Virus record (IMG/VR): IMGVR_UViG_3300044210_000047
Coordinates: 1 to 37,368 of that record
Source of the DNA: a virus
Taxonomy: Duplodnaviria > Caudoviricetes
DNA: 37,368 bases
Reading direction: 5' to 3' (one strand)
The notes beneath the pieces are model-generated. The model did no database searches. It saw nothing but the letters and a program-made list of their open reading frames with translations, and had not been told where the DNA came from. This document shows, one piece after another, positions 1-8,406 of this stretch (its first letter is position 1; the number at the start of each line of letters is the position of its first letter). The position numbers and the translations under genes were made by a program.

Positions 1-126
1 TTCAGCGCCAAGCTGAAGCAGTACCAAACCGAGTACAAGGCGGCGCTGAACGCGGCGCGCATCGCGGCGAACGCGGCGGCCACCACGCCCACGGACTATC
101 TCTTCACGCCACTGTTGCGGGGCTGA
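1..126 (+). repeat. Terminal direct repeat, left copy (circular assembly overlap)
   Basis: 1-126 is identical to 37229-37354. It is the 3' end of ORF 37037-37354, so the next gene (130-540) continues that operon across the junction. Confidence 0.95.
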
Positions 127-129
127 TCG

Positions 130-540
130 ATGACGCCTTGGGACATCGTGACGCAAATCAAGACGACGCTAGCCGCCATTTCAGGGATTGCGAGTTGCCG
201 TATCGGGCTGGAGGCCAATATCACGCCCACGGATTATCCGCTGATTCGGATCGTGCCGACTCGGCTGACGCCGGAGGATGAAATCGGGAATCGCGCCACG
301 CTGGCGATCACCGTTTACTTCGGGGATGCCCTGCTCGAGTCGAGTGATGGGCTGGAAACGGTTTATGCCAGACTGTTCGCGCGGGAAGCCGCGATTCGGG
401 AAGCGATTCTATTCACCGCCAAGCGAACGGCATGGGCGGTGGGCGACGCGATGGCGGCCCGCCACGTCGATACGATTTTTGATCAGGACACCTTAGTCCA
501 TTATAAAATGATGGCCAGCCGGTTTGAGGTCGTGGGCTGA
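130..540 (+). CDS. Putative tail terminator / head-tail completion protein
   Basis: 136 aa. Follows the neck genes across the circular junction. N-terminal helix, YPLIRIVP strand and C-terminal beta strand resemble tail-completion proteins. Mainly a positional call. Confidence 0.55.
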   Translation: MTPWDIVTQIKTTLAAISGIASCRIGLEANITPTDYPLIRIVPTRLTPEDEIGNRATLAITVYFGDALLESSDGLETVYARLFAREAAIREAILFTAKRTAWAVGDAMAARHVDTIFDQDTLVHYKMMASRFEVVG

Positions 541-569
541 TCCATCCGCTTCCCCTTTGCGGAACAGAA

Positions 570-1610
570 TCAATCAGCGGGCGGAACGTCCCCGATTCGC
601 TTCCACCGGTACAGCGGGTCTTGCCCCGCGTTGTAAATCTTCTCTAGCGTTTCGCCTTCCTCCAGCACGCGGCGGCGCTTTTCCCAACTCCCCGCGATAT
701 CGCGGGCTTCTTTCGGGTCTAGCCCCGCCAGAAACGCGCGCTCGGCCTGGGGATTGAAGCGGGGCTTGGCGTTGAAAATGTCTATCTTTGGTACGCACAT
801 ACAAAAACAGTGCGGATGCGCGGGGGGCTTGGGCGCGTCCGCTTTCGGGTAGACGCCCGGACCTAGGCCGTAGGCGTTCAGCCGCGCATGGCGATCACAG
901 ATGTCAGCGCGCGGATGTTTCGATGAGAGTTTCCACTGCACGTACTCAATCTGCTCATCCGCCATCAGTTCCCGCGCGACCTGGTCCGTGTAGTTCCGAT
1001 GCAGTTCGGTGCGGGCGATGCGATTCGCGAAGTAGCGGTTGCGCTCGTGGAACGCCACGCGCAAGGCTTTCTCTAGCGCGTCCATGCCGGCCCCCGCTTC
1101 CTTCCGGCGAATCGCGTCCAGGTAGGCGGCGCGCAACGCCGGGGTCTTGAGAGCGGCGGCCTTGAACTTGTCGAATTCCCCCTGCAAATATTGGGGGAGC
1201 GGCTTGACGATCTTGAGCGGATCGTCCTGGAAGTTGTAGCCCTCGTACAACGCCTTGCGCAGCTCCCGCGCATCGTGAACGCCCTGCAGATGCTCGTCGA
1301 TGATGTGCTGCGTCGTGGCCGCGACGGCTTGAGCATTAGCGTACAGCGCATTGGAAAGCTTGATTTTCCCGACCTTGTACGCCTTGACCGCTTTCGTGCC
1401 TAGTGAGGCTTCCAGGATCGCGTTCAGCGCCTCGCGAAAGCCTTCAATGGCATCGGCGTTGAATTCCTTGAGCACGGCGTCCAGGGCCGCGCTCGGTTTT
1501 TCCCCAGCCCTGATCTTGGCGAGTAGCTTGACGAACGCCGCCTGGGCGGCTTGTCGGATCGCGGCGTCGGATTGGGCCAGGACGGCGGTATAGCGATCGT
1601 AGGGGATCAT
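570..1610 (-). CDS. Head morphogenesis protein (MuF / SPP1 gp7-like)
   Basis: RIARTE motif, DICD and PPAHPHCFC motifs typical of MuF/gp7. Start moved to ATG 1610, which overlaps the upstream stop. Confidence 0.85.
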   Translation of the reverse strand: MIPYDRYTAVLAQSDAAIRQAAQAAFVKLLAKIRAGEKPSAALDAVLKEFNADAIEGFREALNAILEASLGTKAVKAYKVGKIKLSNALYANAQAVAATTQHIIDEHLQGVHDARELRKALYEGYNFQDDPLKIVKPLPQYLQGEFDKFKAAALKTPALRAAYLDAIRRKEAGAGMDALEKALRVAFHERNRYFANRIARTELHRNYTDQVARELMADEQIEYVQWKLSSKHPRADICDRHARLNAYGLGPGVYPKADAPKPPAHPHCFCMCVPKIDIFNAKPRFNPQAERAFLAGLDPKEARDIAGSWEKRRRVLEEGETLEKIYNAGQDPLYRWKRIGDVPPAD

Positions 1611-1822
1611 TCCTCTTCCCGCGACAACAAGGCCATTTCGCAGCGTTTTAGCAACCACAGGGCATCGCCACCGTCCGCGTAGGTACTGCTGAAAAATTCT
1701 ATCCCTTCTCGGTCGTACCCGGCCAGCACGAATCCCTCCAATTTCCCGATCAGACTTTCCAATGTTCGGTCCGCATTGAGATTGAGTCGAGTCACCACTG
1801 GGAGATTCACGACGTTGCTCAT
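1607..1822 (-). CDS. Small hypothetical phage protein
   Basis: 71 aa, coupled by overlapping stop/start codons to both terL and MuF. Confidence 0.75.
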   Translation of the reverse strand: MSNVVNLPVVTRLNLNADRTLESLIGKLEGFVLAGYDREGIEFFSSTYADGGDALWLLKRCEMALLSREEE

Positions 1823-3003
1823 AGTGCCGCCACGTTCAAGGTCACCGGCCCGCCGCTCGCCAGTGCCAGCGCCCGAAAGGCCAGCGATGCACTATCCACC
1901 CCATCATCGTGTTCCCCGACCGCAAAGCTTAACAGTTCATCCTCAAACCAGCCGGGCAGTCCCGGCGCGTGTTTGACTAGACCTTGCTCGTAGCGAGCGG
2001 CCAGGGGCAGGAACCGGGTCAACTTGTCCTTGTCGGGGCGCACGCCGCGCACCGGCAGGCGGGTCGTCCGCAGGAGTTCTTGCACCACCGCTGCCTGATA
2101 TTGGACAGATTCAATCGCAATGATCGCCGGGTTCCATTTGGCGGCCATTTGTTGAATGAATTGCAACACCTGATGAAAGGGCGCGCGAATGCGTTGGGCA
2201 TCCCGGATGTAGATCGTTCCGGCCCCGTCACGACTGAGCGCGATGCACGCGGTATAGTCCGCCGATGCCTGGGTACTCAAGGCGAGGTCCACCCCGAGCA
2301 CGACGGTCGGCGTTCCCGCCGGCTCGCCGGTCTTCAGCCACTCCCGCCGCAGGATAGAGCCCGCCGCGTCCACGAACTCGGCCATGAATTCCTGCCGGAA
2401 GGTCAGCCCGAACATTTCGCGCCGTGCCGCCTCAATCTCGGCGGCGGGGATGAACGGGTTGCTGGCGGTCGGGTATTGCCAAGACTGCCAGCCGGCCACT
2501 CCGAAACGCCCATAGTCCCAAATCCGGCTGAACCAATTCTTCCCATGGGGGCTAGAAATAAATAATGCGCGCCCCTGGCGGTCGGCCAGCGCCGGGCGAA
2601 TCGCCTCGGTCCATGCTTCCTCCTTGGTATAGGCCGCCTCGTCGAATACGACGAAGTTCAACCCCTCGCCGCGCAACGATTGCGGGTCGTCGGCGGAGCG
2701 GACTTGAATCCAGCCGAACGACTGGCGGAATGTCACCCGCTTGTCCTGCTCGCGGATGGTGGCCTTGAATTGCCGCGCCAGCCCCTTGAGTTCACGCCAG
2801 CCGACTTCGGCGATCTTGTAGGTCGGCGCGATCCAAAACACCCGACTCCTGGCCAGAGCTTCCTGTACACACAGAATTGCCGCCAGCCGGGTTTTTCCCC
2901 AGCGCCGGCCCGCCGAGATGACCCGATAGCGCGCGGTGGAGTCGCGCACTTGGCGTTGCAGCGGGTGGAGGTCCGGGAAGTGGTATTGAGTCAGTCGGGC
3001 CAC
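1819..3003 (-). CDS. terL: Terminase large subunit
   Basis: Walker A AGRRWGKT, Walker B VVFDEAA, SLRGEG, ISSP coupling motif, nuclease GVDLA and C-terminal HDDGVDS. Confidence 0.95.
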   Translation of the reverse strand: MARLTQYHFPDLHPLQRQVRDSTARYRVISAGRRWGKTRLAAILCVQEALARSRVFWIAPTYKIAEVGWRELKGLARQFKATIREQDKRVTFRQSFGWIQVRSADDPQSLRGEGLNFVVFDEAAYTKEEAWTEAIRPALADRQGRALFISSPHGKNWFSRIWDYGRFGVAGWQSWQYPTASNPFIPAAEIEAARREMFGLTFRQEFMAEFVDAAGSILRREWLKTGEPAGTPTVVLGVDLALSTQASADYTACIALSRDGAGTIYIRDAQRIRAPFHQVLQFIQQMAAKWNPAIIAIESVQYQAAVVQELLRTTRLPVRGVRPDKDKLTRFLPLAARYEQGLVKHAPGLPGWFEDELLSFAVGEHDDGVDSASLAFRALALASGGPVTLNVAAL

Positions 3004-3287
3004 TTGATGATGACCTCTTGCGGGCCGAAGTCCAAATCGAGTTGTTGCCGGTCGGTGGTTTCGCCCAGTGCCATGCGCCCGACTTCCTGCATCTTGCGAA
3101 TGGAGATTGCCATGGCGCTCATGCCCCGTTGGCTCAGGCTCCCCGCTTTCTGCTGCTGCAACGCCGTCAACTCCCGCGCCTGCAACGCCAGAAACCCGCG
3201 CGCCACCATAAGACAGTCAATATCGAATTCAATTGATATTTTAGGCCGATATTTCGGCCATGTTCCAGTGGAGATTGGTTTCTTCAT
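2991..3287 (-). CDS. Probable terminase small subunit, possibly 5'-truncated or chimeric
   Basis: Directly upstream of and overlapping terL, with a helical core and short C-terminal tail. Its 5' end lies in AT-rich sequence contiguous with the HNH insert. Confidence 0.5.
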   Translation of the reverse strand: MKKPISTGTWPKYRPKISIEFDIDCLMVARGFLALQARELTALQQQKAGSLSQRGMSAMAISIRKMQEVGRMALGETTDRQQLDLDFGPQEVIIKWPD

Positions 3288-3314
3288 GATAAGAATTTAT
3301 ATTATTCTAAAATT

Positions 3315-3881
3315 TCATAATAGAAATCCATTTTCTTGCATAAAATCTACTGGGTGTTTTGATGATTTTGTAAAGTTGCAATGAGGGCAAAGCAATTGAA
3401 GATTGTTTTTATCATTACTTCCTCCTAACGCAAGAGGGATAATATGATCGATATGATATTTGTTTTTTATTGATATTCTGCAAACAATACATCTATTCTT
3501 TTGTATAAAAAGTAATAATTTAATATCAGCCGCAGTATGCGTTCCATTAGATTCGTATTTTCTTGCTCTATAGGAACGTCTATTTTCTGATATTTTTTCT
3601 GGATTATCCTTACTGTATTGACGATACCTTTCTGCAATAATGGCAGAATTGTTTTGGCGGTATTCTTTTAGTTTCTCTTTATTTTTTATGCGATATTCGC
3701 GCATTCCTTCTAAAAGTTTTTCTCTATTGATGCGAATATATTCTTTTTTCCTATCTATAATTTTATCTTTATTGGTTCTGTAGTACGCAAAATCATACTC
3801 TTTTTTATATAATTTTTTTGATTCTTGGGAAGGCGTTAGGGTGAAACTAGACGAAACTATAGTATATTGATTGGTGGTCAT
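3315..3881 (-). CDS. HNH homing-type endonuclease (AT-rich insert)
   Basis: C-terminal CIVC...HIDHIIPLALGGSNDKNNLQLLCPHCN, preceded by a basic helical region. Start at ATG 3881 is supported by GGAGA 7 nt upstream. Markedly AT-rich compared with the genome. Confidence 0.9.
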   Translation of the reverse strand: MTTNQYTIVSSSFTLTPSQESKKLYKKEYDFAYYRTNKDKIIDRKKEYIRINREKLLEGMREYRIKNKEKLKEYRQNNSAIIAERYRQYSKDNPEKISENRRSYRARKYESNGTHTAADIKLLLFIQKNRCIVCRISIKNKYHIDHIIPLALGGSNDKNNLQLLCPHCNFTKSSKHPVDFMQENGFLL

Positions 3882-3916
3882 AGCCATATCTCCGAATAGA
3901 TAGGTTGTGGCAAGTG

Positions 3917-3965
3917 CCAGCTTGGAATTCGTAGTTCCAGGCTGGTGCGTAATTGAATTATACCA
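3917..3965 (-). promoter_or_regulatory. Extended -10 promoter and leader hairpin for the HNH gene
   Basis: Minus strand TGGTATAAT (3965-3957), then CCAGCCTGGAA...TTCCAAGCTGG stem (3945-3917) ahead of the RBS. Confidence 0.6.
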
Positions 3966-4046
3966 TAAACTGATCGCAGCCTGATTGCGCCTTGGATTGC
4001 GTGCGTAGGGCGTGATCGCCGTGAGGGGCAAGATTTCAATGTGCAT
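3966..4046 (-). pseudogene. N-terminal remnant of a ParB-like domain gene
   Basis: MHIEILPLTAITPYARNPRRNQAAI matches the typical start of phage ParB-N proteins (xxPYxxNPR), then runs abruptly into the AT-rich insert. Confidence 0.6.
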
Positions 4047-4091
4047 GATGACTGTTCACTATCTGGTTCCTCATGGACGGAATGTCTCATT

Positions 4092-4373
4092 TTATGCCGT
4101 GGGCGGCTCATTTTTGGTATCGTTCGCGTCGCCACTCGGCTGAATCAATCGCATCCGGAGCAACTCCTTTCGCAACTCCGCGTTCTCGGCGCTTTTCTCC
4201 CGATTCTCGCGCAACAGAGTTTCCATCAGCGTCTCATGATGCGCGTCCTCGTGCCAGCCCGCGCGCAACATCCGCAGCAGGAACAGCGCGCCAATGATGA
4301 GCGCAATCCCAATCGCGCTCTTGTCCGGGCTTTCCAGCACCATCTGGACGAGCGCCAGCATCCTATCGTCCAT
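4092..4373 (-). CDS. Small membrane protein with coiled coil (holin-like candidate)
   Basis: One hydrophobic segment (AIGIALIIGALFLL) followed by a charged coiled coil. Confidence 0.5.
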   Translation of the reverse strand: MDDRMLALVQMVLESPDKSAIGIALIIGALFLLRMLRAGWHEDAHHETLMETLLRENREKSAENAELRKELLRMRLIQPSGDANDTKNEPPTA

Positions 4374-4845
4374 TGCGGGGGCGCGTCCGAAAGAGTCCGG
4401 TGATCGCGAACAGCGTCAACCACAGATAGGTGGGCGTGGAGAGCAGCGGCGGCGAGTGAGAGATATTATGCAGCAGCATGGACAGCGCGCCGATGACCAG
4501 CGTTAGGCGCCCGATCCAACGGAACCAGAAATGAGGCCGATGGCACCAGCAGGTCGTCGCCAAGCCGATGCTCCCAATGCTCAAAAACCAGAGCGCGGTG
4601 GGCCGCTCGGAACTGAGGAACCCGAACGTCGAACCGTACACCGATCCGCCGTTCTTCAGCGTGTACAAGTCAAACAAATGCGGGTGCAGCACCAGGTGCA
4701 TCCCAATCCCCAGCAAGCTGAGGCTCAGGATCAAATCCACGACGCTCCAGGGCGACTGCATCAGGATTTCATGGAGTCTCGGCCATAGGCCCCAACCGCG
4801 GGGATTCCACGTGCAGCCACGTCGCTCCGGCTCGTTATTTTCCAT
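4363..4845 (-). CDS. Multi-pass membrane protein
   Basis: About four hydrophobic segments. Start placed at ATG 4845 (MENNEP), overlapping the upstream gene end. Confidence 0.65.
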   Translation of the reverse strand: MENNEPERRGCTWNPRGWGLWPRLHEILMQSPWSVVDLILSLSLLGIGMHLVLHPHLFDLYTLKNGGSVYGSTFGFLSSERPTALWFLSIGSIGLATTCWCHRPHFWFRWIGRLTLVIGALSMLLHNISHSPPLLSTPTYLWLTLFAITGLFRTRPRNGR

Positions 4846-5164
4846 CGTCCAGCATCCTCGCCAAGTCGCGTCGCAGCGCGTGCATGCCACGCATCAGTTC
4901 CCGAGCCGCGAACAGAATCGCCCGCCGAAGCTCAGCCTCCTGGTCAAGGGCTAGATCGGGGTCCAACCCCGTGCCGCCCGCGTGCAGCTTTGGATACGCG
5001 CGTTCCGAAACCGCCCGGGCCAGGGCGAGCGCGTCGTTCGGCGTGAAGGTCATCTGCGGGTGGCCCAGGAGTTGGATTAGGTCGCCACAACCGCGCACCG
5101 CCACGTCGGTTTGCGGATTGTTGCCGGACGCACAGGCAATATAGACCGCGGGGAGTTCGCTCAT
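4835..5164 (-). CDS. Hypothetical protein
   Basis: Start at MSELPAV (5164) overlaps the upstream stop; fits tight operon packing. Confidence 0.65.
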   Translation of the reverse strand: MSELPAVYIACASGNNPQTDVAVRGCGDLIQLLGHPQMTFTPNDALALARAVSERAYPKLHAGGTGLDPDLALDQEAELRRAILFAARELMRGMHALRRDLARMLDDGK

Positions 5165-6006
5165 GATTCGCGTCCCGCCGCTTTTCTCGCGCCTTCCCAT
5201 CGCCCGCCGGTGAGCACGTCCAACAATATTTCCTTTCGCATTTTTCGATGATCCCATAAATCCGGATGGGACAGCATAAACACCTTGACCGCATCGGGCT
5301 CTATTTTCCACTGCCTATCGCGTGCATCCGGGTCTGGGATGCGCACGCGGCCTTGCCCGCTGGTTTTCGTGGCCTTCAGCTTTCCCTGCACGATCCACTT
5401 GGCGACGACATGCTCATCCGTCGCGAACAGTTGGGCCACCTCTCGCGCCGTCCACCACGACCGGCTGAAGCGTAAGAGCAGGGTTTCCATCCGGCTCAGG
5501 ATGGCGCTCATCGACCGCCGATAGCCCGCCCGCCGAAACGCGTTGTAAAGCCCCTTGACTCCTAGCTCTCGGTCTACGTACTTTTCCAGCAGCGCATCTT
5601 CTTCAGGCAGCCACGGCCCGCCCATGGTCCCCGGTCGCGCGCGCGACACGCCCAGATTGAGCGCGCGCCATTTAATCCAGCCATGGGTTCGGTTCCATTC
5701 CCGAGACAACTTTTTGAGATCGGGAGCCCCGGCTAAATACGCCCGCCGAATGGCGCCGTCGATCAACTCCGTCGTCGGCTGGCGGATATAGGGCCTCCCC
5801 GCGATGCGCACCTGCAAATAGTCCGCTTTCCCGCGAATCGCGTCCCGCGAGCGGTGTGGCAATAGGGGCATCACCCGAGTGGGGCCGCCGAGGGGATATT
5901 CGCGGATCACAATCTCCATTTCTTCCGCCGTCCATTGCGTGCCTTTACGGGCAAAGATCGACGGCGCGACAAAATCAGTGTCAGAGGATTCCATCAGGTT
6001 CTCCAT
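5161..6006 (-). CDS. Multi-HTH DNA-binding protein (Myb/SANT-like repeats plus Xis/MerR-like HTH)
   Basis: Repeats WTAEEMEIV..RSRDAIRGKA and WLPEEDALL..RSMSAILSR; C-terminal WTAREVAQLF..VAKWIVQGKLKA. Confidence 0.7.
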   Translation of the reverse strand: MENLMESSDTDFVAPSIFARKGTQWTAEEMEIVIREYPLGGPTRVMPLLPHRSRDAIRGKADYLQVRIAGRPYIRQPTTELIDGAIRRAYLAGAPDLKKLSREWNRTHGWIKWRALNLGVSRARPGTMGGPWLPEEDALLEKYVDRELGVKGLYNAFRRAGYRRSMSAILSRMETLLLRFSRSWWTAREVAQLFATDEHVVAKWIVQGKLKATKTSGQGRVRIPDPDARDRQWKIEPDAVKVFMLSHPDLWDHRKMRKEILLDVLTGGRWEGARKAAGRES

Positions 6007-6430
6007 CCCACACGGGCGCGGCGAGCGGGGGTTCGCGGTCCGTGGTGGCGTGGAACAGCACGCGGTAGACCTCTTCGTAGCTGCTCACCACTGCGGCTAC
6101 CCCGCCCGCTTCGCGCACCAGGGACAGAAAAGCCGCTTGAGGCTCGGTGGGCTTTCCGCCGGGGCGCTTGATCTCAAGCGCGAAATATTGGCCACCCGGC
6201 AACATTCCATCCAGGTCCGGCGCCCCTTTCCCCGTGGGCGGGCGACCTTTTACATAGAGCTGATAAAACCTGACAAACATGCCATGGGCATTCATCGCCC
6301 CGCCGCTGTTCCGGCGCGCGAACCAGACCACTCGCCCCCGGCGTTGCTGGGCGCTGAGGTAATCGATCACCTGTCGCAACAGGTCCGCCTCCAACGGCGG
6401 CGGTGGGGGCTGAAGGCGAAACGCACTCAC
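5981..6430 (-). CDS. VRR-NUC domain nuclease
   Basis: EADLLRQVIDYL, GAPDLDG, ALEIKRPGGKPTEPQAAFL: PD-(D/E)XK VRR-NUC signature. Confidence 0.9.
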   Translation of the reverse strand: MSAFRLQPPPPPLEADLLRQVIDYLSAQQRRGRVVWFARRNSGGAMNAHGMFVRFYQLYVKGRPPTGKGAPDLDGMLPGGQYFALEIKRPGGKPTEPQAAFLSLVREAGGVAAVVSSYEEVYRVLFHATTDREPPLAAPVWDGEPDGIL

Positions 6431-6672
6431 GGCGGGGGCTCCGCCAAGTCAAAGAGATCGGCGGTCTGTTCCATGGCCGTTCGGGTGCGCTTGATCTGGT
6501 CCTTATGATAGGCGGTCGCGACGGTGATGAACCCTTTCGCGTCAATGCCCAGGAGGGTACTGGCATTCAACGCAATCGCCTTCAAATGCTCGCGCTCACC
6601 TTCCATCCGCGCCAGTCCCGCACCGTATTCGCCGATGGCATCCAATAGCTTCTTTCGGTTTTCTGGGGTCAT
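6427..6672 (-). CDS. T4 DsbA-like / GapR-like small dsDNA-binding protein
   Basis: LGIDAKGFITVATAYHKD resembles the T4 DsbA segment as I recall it (LGVDGKMF..L.LYHKD), with similar size and helical pattern. Confidence 0.65.
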   Translation of the reverse strand: MTPENRKKLLDAIGEYGAGLARMEGEREHLKAIALNASTLLGIDAKGFITVATAYHKDQIKRTRTAMEQTADLFDLAEPPP

Positions 6673-6684
6673 TGATTCACCTGT

Positions 6685-7110
6685 TTAGTAGCCGAAACCT
6701 TCCATCCGATCCGCCCGCGAGGATTCCGCCCCCGTCGTCGGCGCCGCTTGTTTCCGTCGTTCCGCTCGGGGCATCCGCCAATAGGCCATCCAGTTCGCGT
6801 CTTCCTCCGAGATCCCGATTTTCTTTTCGGGCCGGACGAATTTGGGCCGCGGGACAAAGCCCTTTTTGGGCAGCGCGGGGCCGAACGTCGGCTCTCTGAC
6901 CTGATGTGGAACCGTCCACGTTCGCCCCTCACAGACCGCAAGGCGGCGCTCACGCAGCGTTTTCACCGCCGTTCGGACGCCGACGATCAGCAGGGCGTCC
7001 GGTAGCCCCGTCTGTAGCCTGAGCTGTTGGACGATTTCGGGGCGCGTCATCGGAGCGCGCGCGGCGCGCAGTACGGCATAGACCCGCTCGCCCCAGGAGA
7101 GGTCAGCCAT
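6685..7110 (-). CDS. Winged-helix DNA-binding protein (putative)
   Basis: VYAVLRAARAPMTRPEIVQQL...VRTAVKTLRERRLAVCEGRTW pattern. Start at MADLSW. Confidence 0.6.
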   Translation of the reverse strand: MADLSWGERVYAVLRAARAPMTRPEIVQQLRLQTGLPDALLIVGVRTAVKTLRERRLAVCEGRTWTVPHQVREPTFGPALPKKGFVPRPKFVRPEKKIGISEEDANWMAYWRMPRAERRKQAAPTTGAESSRADRMEGFGY

Positions 7111-7306
7111 GGCGGATCGCCATCGTGCGGCGCATCGGCACCACGTCGCCGTGCTCACGGCAGTGATGCGTTTCCAGCCAATGGCCGTCGCACAGGGATC
7201 GGTGGCGCAGGGTTTCGCGCCGACACCGAGGGCACAAATCCCGATTTAGCAGCGGAGATGAATAGCGATCATGGGGAAGGGCGATCCCTCTGCTCATGCC
7301 GCTCAC
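7103..7306 (-). CDS. Small zinc-ribbon protein
   Basis: CPRC...CREH motif; coupled to its neighbours. Confidence 0.55.
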   Translation of the reverse strand: MSGMSRGIALPHDRYSSPLLNRDLCPRCRRETLRHRSLCDGHWLETHHCREHGDVVPMRRTMAIRHG

Positions 7307-7521
7307 AGGCCCCGCCTCGCGAGCTCGGCGTCCAGCATAAACATCCCGTGCCGCTCATCCAGCGCTAGCGCGTCCAGGACGATCAAATCCGCCACGCGCA
7401 CGCTAGACTGCCTGTCCCCCAGCAGCACGAACAGGTCGTTCGCCCAATCTGCCATTCTGGAGGGCCAGCCGGGCCGATTCGCCATCGATTCGCAGATCCC
7501 CCGTAGGTCGGATAGGCTCAT
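7303..7521 (-). CDS. Hypothetical protein
   Basis: 72 aa ORF with overlapping stop/start on both sides. Confidence 0.65.
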   Translation of the reverse strand: MSLSDLRGICESMANRPGWPSRMADWANDLFVLLGDRQSSVRVADLIVLDALALDERHGMFMLDAELARRGL

Positions 7522-7928
7522 GGGCTTGTGGTCCCCAAGCCCAGCCTATCCGGCACTGCCGGCAAGGCGTCCACCTCCAGCAGGGCGGGGCGGCCCGACG
7601 GGATGATGAGCAGCCGCGCGACGAAGGCTCCCCGTTTGACGGTCTGGCGGTGCGGCGAGAAATTCTTCACCATGACCTTCAACTCGGTGCGGTCGACGCT
7701 ATCGATGATGCTGGGGCTGATGTCCAGCTCACTCAATCCACCGCCGAGGGGGAGCAGCAGCCCGACATACCCGGGCGCAATCGCCAGCGCCAAGCCCGTC
7801 GGAATCCATGCGCGGCCAAACTCATAGAGGTCCGTTTCCTCTTCAGCGGCGAGCAAAAACCCCGCGCCGCGGGGATCGGCCACCGGACGAGTGGCGTGGT
7901 CAGACAGGAGTTTTACGTAAAGGGGCAT
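7518..7928 (-). CDS. Trimeric dUTPase-like protein with degenerate motifs
   Basis: IPTGLALAIAPGYVG, IIDS, ELKVMVKN, VKRGAFVARLLIIP follow the dUTPase scaffold; several conserved motifs are altered. Confidence 0.8.
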   Translation of the reverse strand: MPLYVKLLSDHATRPVADPRGAGFLLAAEEETDLYEFGRAWIPTGLALAIAPGYVGLLLPLGGGLSELDISPSIIDSVDRTELKVMVKNFSPHRQTVKRGAFVARLLIIPSGRPALLEVDALPAVPDRLGLGTTSP

Positions 7929-7941
7929 GGGAGCGAAGCGA

Positions 7942-8406
7942 TCAGCGCGTCAAAATCATGATGGCTTCCCCAGCGGTTTTTAGATCGCGTTCCTGCATGG
8001 TTTCGATCAAAGGAACGAGCAATTCACGGTGTGCGATAAAAGCTTTCATTTGCTTGGTATGCTCCTTAATCAGGGTCTTGTCCTGGTGCAGCAAATGTTC
8101 CAACGCAGCTTTTTTGACCTGTACCGTGCGCTCTTCCGGTAGTTTGATCCATTTATCGCCATACCCGATAAAATCCAGTTGATGGGCGGAAAAGTCGAAA
8201 GTCGCGTCGGCATCCATCACGTCCTTGATATTCTTGCCGACGATTTCATGGAGAATAAAGACGGGCGTTTCTCCTAGCTTGGCGAGGACTTCTTGAAAAA
8301 ACGGGCTTTCCTCCCCGTAAGCGATGACGCCTGGATACTTGAGTTTCAGCTTGCGAATCTCCGCGCGAAGCTGTTTCTGCGAAATCATGGCTTGTTCGAT
8401 GGACAT
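7942..8406 (-). CDS. Hypothetical protein, partner of the ParB-domain gene
   Basis: 154 aa, lower GC, coupled to the ParB gene by a TAATG overlap. Confidence 0.75.
   Translation of the reverse strand: MSIEQAMISQKQLRAEIRKLKLKYPGVIAYGEESPFFQEVLAKLGETPVFILHEIVGKNIKDVMDADATFDFSAHQLDFIGYGDKWIKLPEERTVQVKKAALEHLLHQDKTLIKEHTKQMKAFIAHRELLVPLIETMQERDLKTAGEAIMILTR

Noticed and set aside
1-126. Biological terminal repeat or att site
   Set aside because: It starts mid-gene and its length is close to common assembler k-mer overlaps, so it is best explained as circular assembly overlap.
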